Assembly (NCBI GenBank): GCA_018829945.1
Contig: JAHJTI010000246.1
Coordinates: 51 to 64,050 of the forward strand
Length of the DNA: 64,000 nt
Source of the DNA: Pseudomonadota bacterium
GTDB taxonomy: Bacteria > Desulfobacterota > Desulfobulbia > Desulfobulbales > Desulfurivibrionaceae
Reading direction: 5' to 3'
Part shown: piece after piece, positions 58,790 to 64,000 of the stretch
How the letters are laid out: each line of letters starts with the position of its first letter
How positions within the stretch are numbered: the stretch's first letter is position 1
Notes under the pieces: generated by a model
The model's database searches: none
What the model saw: only the letters and a program-made list of their open reading frames with translations
What the model was told of the DNA's origin: nothing
Position numbers and translations under genes: made by a program

Positions 58790-60817
58790 TCAATTCAATC
58801 GTTTGAATCCAGCATGGCACACTGGACCTTCCAACAAATCTTCTACTAACCTTCCTTGTTCGCATTCCTTAATCAGGGCAAAAATGGGATCAAGCTCGGC
58901 AAAGTACTGGTCAACAATAGACTGGCTATGTTCGGTGCAGACATAAACAGCGTTCGCCGCAAGAAAACCGTTTTTAAGCATTTCCTGCGTGATGAGGGTT
59001 TTATATTTGATCATGTTCGGGACAGGCAAATTAAAGCCGATCATGGAGGGAAGCCCGCTGATTTGCATTGGAAGTTCATACTTGCTGGCAAGACGTTGCC
59101 AACGTTCACCAATAGCCTGTCCGGTCTGCGTGATCCGTTCCCATGACTTGTCCCGCGCCATTACTTCCAGGGTTTTAAGTGCGGCTGTGGGCCCAATGCG
59201 TTCCGTCCAGAAGGTGCTGCTAATGAAAGTGCTCTGCGCCGCTTCCATCACCGCACGTTTGCCGATAATAGCAGTTATGGCATAGCCGTTGCCGAGGGCC
59301 TTGCCGAACATGGCCATGTCGGGTTCTACCCCATACAGCTTGTGCAGACCGCCGAAGGTTTGACGAAAGCCGGAGGTACACTCGTCGAAGATCAAAACAA
59401 TATCATTGTCGGTGGCAAGTTTGCGGACTTTTTCCAAAAATCCATCTTCAGGCCCGATATTGCGCGAAACCTCCATTTTTATCACGCCGATGTCATGAGT
59501 TCGCACGATATCTTCCAGCTCGGAAAAGTTATTGTACCGAAAAGGGAAGACACTGCCACGTAGTTCCTGTGGCACCCCCCTGGGCTCCAAACCGGGCAAC
59601 AGATGACCAGCAAGATTCTGCTCATCCCCTAAATTTGCCGCCAGATACCAGTCGTGCCAACCATGATAGCCGCAAATAGCGACTTTATCCCGTCCAGCTG
59701 CGGCTCGAGCAATACGAATAGCAATTGCATTGGCTTCGCCTCCGGTACGGGCCAGGCGCACCATGTCAGCCCAAGGATGCAAATCAACCAACCGCTCGGC
59801 CAGGTAAACCTCTTCGGGACAGTTCAGCGTCGACATATTCCCGGCGGTGATGATCTGATGTACGGCCTCGTCTACTTCCGGGTGACCGTAGCCAAGAATA
59901 TTGGTACCGATGCCCATGATGGACATATCGATATATTCGCCCCCATCCAAATCCCATACCCGACACCCCTTGGCCTTGCTGAAGTAAGCCGGCCACTGGT
60001 CAGGCAGAAACATCTCGGCCCGTTTGGAAAGAAGCATGTTCCCGCCGGGAATAACACGCTTGGCCCGCTTCCAGAGCTTCTGGCCGGTGCCCATACGGGC
60101 TCCTTCGTTTCGAAGAATGTGTTGGTTGACACTGAAAATATTTGGCTGTTGTTGTTGCAGAGTGAGAACTTCATTCCAAGTAAAATCGCTACGCGGATGA
60201 AAGTGTTTAAAGACTTTTTCAATCACGACAAAATCAGCGGGTTCATCCACTGTCCAACGCAAAGCGGCAAGGTCCACCCCGTGCTGCATGCAGGCCGTCT
60301 TGAACCGGCCGGATTCACGCAAGTAAGGCGTGACATGTTCGCGGTCAAAGGGGTTGCTCGTTTCCTGTGCCGCTTTTTCCAGCGCTTTAAAAGTAAAGAC
60401 TTCGATGTCCAAACCATCCGGATAAGTGGGCGGGTTAGTATTGCTGAAATAATCAACCTTCGCGAACCTGAAGCGCTGAATGCATTCATCCACCAACCCG
60501 GGATCGACCAGTGGGCAGTCGCCGGTAATACGCACCACTATATCCGCATGATGCGACCGTGCTGCTTGCACATAACGGTCGAGGACATCGTTCTCGCTCC
60601 CATGTTCACAGGCGTACCCAAGCTTACAAACATGTTCCGACAAAGGCTGATTGCGCGCATCCACCGAGGTGGCGACAACGATTTGATCCACCTCGGTGGC
60701 TTTCGAAAGACGCGAAAGCAACAACTCGATCATGGGAACACCCCCAATCAGGTTCATTACCTTATTGGGCAGGCGGGTGGAACCCATACGGGCTTGAACG
60801 AGCGCAACAATTTTCAT
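58790..60817 (-). CDS. Fusion: SpsF-like cytidylyltransferase + class III PLP aminotransferase
   Basis: N-terminal QARMGSTRLP.KV...TGDCP...TVD; C-terminal GC.VWD.DG, GYHGW, FDE..SGFR, FGKALGNG. Confidence 0.92.
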   Translation of the reverse strand: MKIVALVQARMGSTRLPNKVMNLIGGVPMIELLLSRLSKATEVDQIVVATSVDARNQPLSEHVCKLGYACEHGSENDVLDRYVQAARSHHADIVVRITGDCPLVDPGLVDECIQRFRFAKVDYFSNTNPPTYPDGLDIEVFTFKALEKAAQETSNPFDREHVTPYLRESGRFKTACMQHGVDLAALRWTVDEPADFVVIEKVFKHFHPRSDFTWNEVLTLQQQQPNIFSVNQHILRNEGARMGTGQKLWKRAKRVIPGGNMLLSKRAEMFLPDQWPAYFSKAKGCRVWDLDGGEYIDMSIMGIGTNILGYGHPEVDEAVHQIITAGNMSTLNCPEEVYLAERLVDLHPWADMVRLARTGGEANAIAIRIARAAAGRDKVAICGYHGWHDWYLAANLGDEQNLAGHLLPGLEPRGVPQELRGSVFPFRYNNFSELEDIVRTHDIGVIKMEVSRNIGPEDGFLEKVRKLATDNDIVLIFDECTSGFRQTFGGLHKLYGVEPDMAMFGKALGNGYAITAIIGKRAVMEAAQSTFISSTFWTERIGPTAALKTLEVMARDKSWERITQTGQAIGERWQRLASKYELPMQISGLPSMIGFNLPVPNMIKYKTLITQEMLKNGFLAANAVYVCTEHSQSIVDQYFAELDPIFALIKECEQGRLVEDLLEGPVCHAGFKRLN

Positions 60818-61704
60818 AAGCGGGACCAACGGGATGGGTTAACTAGGTCCTCTGCATCGCAATGCAGATCAGGCAGCTCAACGGCTGGCCTACTGCCGGC
60901 AAAACCAATAATTTGCTCCAGCTGGTTAATATTGTCTGCACCAACAACAACACGGTCAATCTCCGGAAATCCCAAAGGAAAAGCAAGACAAGCCTGAACA
61001 GGGGATACATCGTAGACCGAGAGCCACTTGAACCATCTTTCCCACAATTCACTCCATGGTGCAAACTTGGGCGGCATGGCTACTTTTGACATCAAAAGTA
61101 ATCCTTGCAAAAAAACAGAACGGCTATGCACTTCCACGCCATCATTCTTCAAACGGGACAACCAGCCAGTTGTGTACAGACGACGATCAATAAGATTGAA
61201 CGGAGCTTGGACCAGATCGAGACGAACATGTTTGGGGATCGTTTCTAACTCATGCGGCGAGTAGATGGAAATGCCCACCTTTTGCACCACCCCCTTGTCC
61301 TTCAAAGCCTGCAATGCCCGATAAAGTTTTTTTCCTATACCGCCAAGCAATTGATCCGAACGATGTAATAATAAACCATATACAGCACCCGCACCAAGCC
61401 GATCAAGGGAGGCAAGAACCTGTTCCTGGACCCAGTCACTTATATCCGTACAGTCTACTGGCACCGGCGGCAGTTTAGTCACGACCTTGAAATCTTGAAC
61501 TCCAACTTCCCCCAAGCAGGTTTCACTCTCTCCATAGGCAATGGCGGTATCAAGGGTGTCAATGCCATTGGCTGCTGCCAGCTGCAGCATCTTTTTTGCC
61601 TCTGGTCGTGTTACCTGTCCAGTCTGATTGGCAATACCGTAATCTAGGCCGAATTGGACTGTACCGAGCGCAAGTTTCATGGTATCAGGAGTAATCACAC
61701 TCAA
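60814..61704 (-). CDS. Aldo/keto reductase (glycan-cluster type)
   Basis: LGTVQFG..YG, DTA..YG.SE, LLH, G.SIY, RSVFLQGLL. Confidence 0.9.
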   Translation of the reverse strand: MSVITPDTMKLALGTVQFGLDYGIANQTGQVTRPEAKKMLQLAAANGIDTLDTAIAYGESETCLGEVGVQDFKVVTKLPPVPVDCTDISDWVQEQVLASLDRLGAGAVYGLLLHRSDQLLGGIGKKLYRALQALKDKGVVQKVGISIYSPHELETIPKHVRLDLVQAPFNLIDRRLYTTGWLSRLKNDGVEVHSRSVFLQGLLLMSKVAMPPKFAPWSELWERWFKWLSVYDVSPVQACLAFPLGFPEIDRVVVGADNINQLEQIIGFAGSRPAVELPDLHCDAEDLVNPSRWSRL

Positions 61705-62699
61705 ATCTTGCCGATCTTCCCGCCGTGTTGCGCAATCCAGGCACGCAAGGCCTCAATGCTCATCCACTCGGTGTTGTTGTCCGAACGGTAGTTAAAATCC
61801 GGAGAAACCTTCTTTCCTCCGTTGATGCGCAATGGATCATCGCTCCATTGATGGATCGCCGGCAACACTTTGTAATGCGCTTCGTATTCGTAAGTGTGCA
61901 GGGCGTCCTCGGGACCAATCATCTGTTCGTGAAGCTTTTCGCCCGGGCGGATACCGACGATTTCATGGCGTGCCTCAGGCGCAATCGCACGGGCAACATC
62001 GGTCACCTTCATGGAGGGGATCTTCTTCACATAAATCTCGCCGCCGACCATGTCCTCAAAGGCATGCCAGACAAGGTCAACACCCTGCTCCAAAGTGATC
62101 ATGAAACGGGTCATGCGTTCATCAGTAATAGGTAACACCCCCTTGTCCATGAGGGTCATAAAGAATGGAATCACCGAACCACGTGAGCCCATGACATTGC
62201 CATAGCGCACCACGGCAAAACGGGTATCGTCATTCCCAGAGTAAGAGTTGCCCGCGATGAACAGCTTGTCCGAAGTCAATTTGGTTGCGCCATACAGATT
62301 CGCGGGGCTGCTGGCCTTGTCCGTCGAAAGGGCCACCACACGCTTAACACCCTGATCGATACAGGCATCAATGAGATTCATGGCGCCGATCACATTGGTC
62401 TTGACGCATTCGAAAGGATTGTATTCCGCCGTTGGCACAATCTTGGTCGCAGCCGCGTGAACGACATAATCGATGCCGTTAAGCGCCCGCGCAAGACGAT
62501 CCTTATCACGCACATCTCCGATGAAAAAACGCACCCGCTCGTCGTCACCATAAAGCTTGGCCATCTCCCACTGTTTCATCTCGTCGCGGGAAAAAATAAC
62601 TAAACGACGCGGGTTGTATTGCGCCAACATCATGGGCACGAAGGTATGGCCGAAAGAACCGGTGCCTCCGGTGATGAGTATGGATTTGTCATTAAACAT
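61701..62699 (-). CDS. pseB: UDP-GlcNAc 4,6-dehydratase/5-epimerase (inverting)
   Basis: TGGTGSFG, SRDEMKQ, K.VPTAEYNP.E..KTN, STDKA..P.NLYGATK, RYGNVMGSRGSV, GIRPGEKLHE. Confidence 0.93.
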   Translation of the reverse strand: MFNDKSILITGGTGSFGHTFVPMMLAQYNPRRLVIFSRDEMKQWEMAKLYGDDERVRFFIGDVRDKDRLARALNGIDYVVHAAATKIVPTAEYNPFECVKTNVIGAMNLIDACIDQGVKRVVALSTDKASSPANLYGATKLTSDKLFIAGNSYSGNDDTRFAVVRYGNVMGSRGSVIPFFMTLMDKGVLPITDERMTRFMITLEQGVDLVWHAFEDMVGGEIYVKKIPSMKVTDVARAIAPEARHEIVGIRPGEKLHEQMIGPEDALHTYEYEAHYKVLPAIHQWSDDPLRINGGKKVSPDFNYRSDNNTEWMSIEALRAWIAQHGGKIGKI

Positions 62700-62715
62700 A
62701 CAAGATACCTACAGG

Positions 62716-64000
62716 TTATGATTTTTCCTGGTGCTTTCCCAAAATCATTGAGGTTTCCCCTTCTTCCACTATCCTGCCCTTCTTCAAACGGAACAGGTAA
62801 TCGCTGTGTTCAATGGTGGAAAGGCGATGAGCAACAATAATGATAGTTTTCTCTCCATGCATGGAACATACAGCGTCCATCACCCCACGTTCGGTTGCCG
62901 TATCAAGCGAACTGGTGGCCTCATCCAGCAGCAAAACCGGCGGATCGTGATACAGTGCCCGGGCAATGCCGATGCGCTGGCGCTGGCCACCAGAGAGACG
63001 AATCCCGCGCTCACCGACTACAGTCTCCAAGCCATCCGGCAGGGCGGCGACGAATTCTTCCAGTTGTGCAGCCCAAATGGCCCGTTGGACAGCCGCTTCA
63101 TCAATTTGGTCGTTTGCTAAACCAAAAGCAACATTCCGGCGCAGAGTATCATCGGTTAAAAAGATGGCCTGAGGAACGTAGCCGATCTGACTCTGCCAGC
63201 CACGAAGATTTGTCTGGATGTCTTTGCCATCCACCTTGATCACGCCACTGTCAGGAGTCAACAGGCCAAGGATAATATCCACCAAAGTACTTTTCCCCGC
63301 GCCACTCCGGCCAATAAATCCGACCATGGAGCCCTTGGGAATCGAGAAACTGATCTCACACAAAGATGAAAATTCTGCTGATGGATAGCTAAAACCAACC
63401 CCCTCCAGGGTTAGCGAATGATTGAACGGGAGGACCTCCCCCCGCGGCGGAGAAGGAGGGGCATTCAACAGGCACAACTCCTGATGGAGAGTATTTATCA
63501 CCGGGGATGCATAGCGCACATTCTGGAGAGAATTAAGCATTCGATTAATCGACGGCATTAAACGAAAAGCGGCGGCGGCAAACAGGCCGAGGACGGGCAT
63601 CAGATTCAGCAACGGTTTGCCTTGGCGGATCATCACAAGCACCAAGACCGCCAGCCCGAATACAGCAAGAAATTCAAGCCAGAGGCGCGGCAATGCTTGC
63701 AACGCCGACTGCCGTCTACTGGCTTGAGCACTGCCGATATTGTGTAACTGATATTGCGCTAAAAAATCATCTTCGCGATCAAGGAGTTTCACATCTTTAA
63801 CGCCGCCCAATCCTTGTTGCAAGTGCTGAATACTGAACCCATCATGGTACTGGCGCGCTTCACCCCATCTTAAGATACTGCGCCGGGTGAGAAGATGGAA
63901 TCCTCCACCAGCCAGACCAAAGGTCATTACCACTATGAGGGTGCCAAAAGGCTCTACAATGAACAAAAGGGCCGTGACCCCAAGCATTACAAGACCTTCG
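62716..64000 (-). CDS. ABC exporter, fused permease/ATPase (PglK/MsbA-like), 5'-truncated by the window edge
   Basis: TM domain (AFRLMPS), Walker A GRSGAGKST, LSGGQRQR, Walker B LLLDE, AHRLST; the frame is open to the edge. Confidence 0.92.
   Translation of the reverse strand, partial: EGLVMLGVTALLFIVEPFGTLIVVMTFGLAGGGFHLLTRRSILRWGEARQYHDGFSIQHLQQGLGGVKDVKLLDREDDFLAQYQLHNIGSAQASRRQSALQALPRLWLEFLAVFGLAVLVLVMIRQGKPLLNLMPVLGLFAAAAFRLMPSINRMLNSLQNVRYASPVINTLHQELCLLNAPPSPPRGEVLPFNHSLTLEGVGFSYPSAEFSSLCEISFSIPKGSMVGFIGRSGAGKSTLVDIILGLLTPDSGVIKVDGKDIQTNLRGWQSQIGYVPQAIFLTDDTLRRNVAFGLANDQIDEAAVQRAIWAAQLEEFVAALPDGLETVVGERGIRLSGGQRQRIGIARALYHDPPVLLLDEATSSLDTATERGVMDAVCSMHGEKTIIIVAHRLSTIEHSDYLFRLKKGRIVEEGETSMILGKHQEKS

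Noticed and set aside
58790-60100. hemL (glutamate-1-semialdehyde aminomutase)
   Set aside because: It is fused to a cytidylyltransferase and embedded in a sugar pathway; the fold is shared but a tetrapyrrole role is unlikely.
59654-60997. 447-aa plus-strand ORF (also 2196-3227, 17110-17976, 53177-53983, 41292-42029)
   Set aside because: Antisense shadows of well-supported minus-strand genes, with no recognisable motifs.

Overview
Bacterial chromosomal window, with almost everything on the minus strand; the housekeeping proteins are suggestive of Desulfobacterota, but this is an inference only. The first ~4 kb is a housekeeping block (minus-strand order): tRNA-Ser(GGA), SRP RNA (ffs), dnaX, ybaB, recR, tRNA-Val(GAC) and the 5' end of a probable thrS. 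The remaining ~60 kb (4039 to beyond the right edge) is the distal part of a very large mosaic surface-glycan locus of ~55 co-oriented genes. It contains a non-canonical PseB/NeuB nonulosonate module, a KdsB-like/HpcH-aldolase module and a CDP-6-deoxyhexose module. It also has a P. aeruginosa O5-like hisH-hisF...wbpG-wbpH-wbpI backbone split by a ~14 kb cassette (AsnB, B12 radical SAM, sulfotransferase, flippase), an orphan TPP-dependent E1 alpha/beta pair and a terminal WbpM/PglF-type dehydratase. The most notable unexplained signal is a ~105-116 nt covarying hairpin element with a K-turn-like internal loop, present in two diverged copies, each beside a stable-RNA gene. Other unexplained signals are a hairpin + A10 + stop slippage site in dnaX, an inverted heptamer array upstream of recR, and an amidase-signature protein coupled to a PseA/WbuX-type amidotransferase. 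All protein calls come from motif recognition by eye; no database searches were run.
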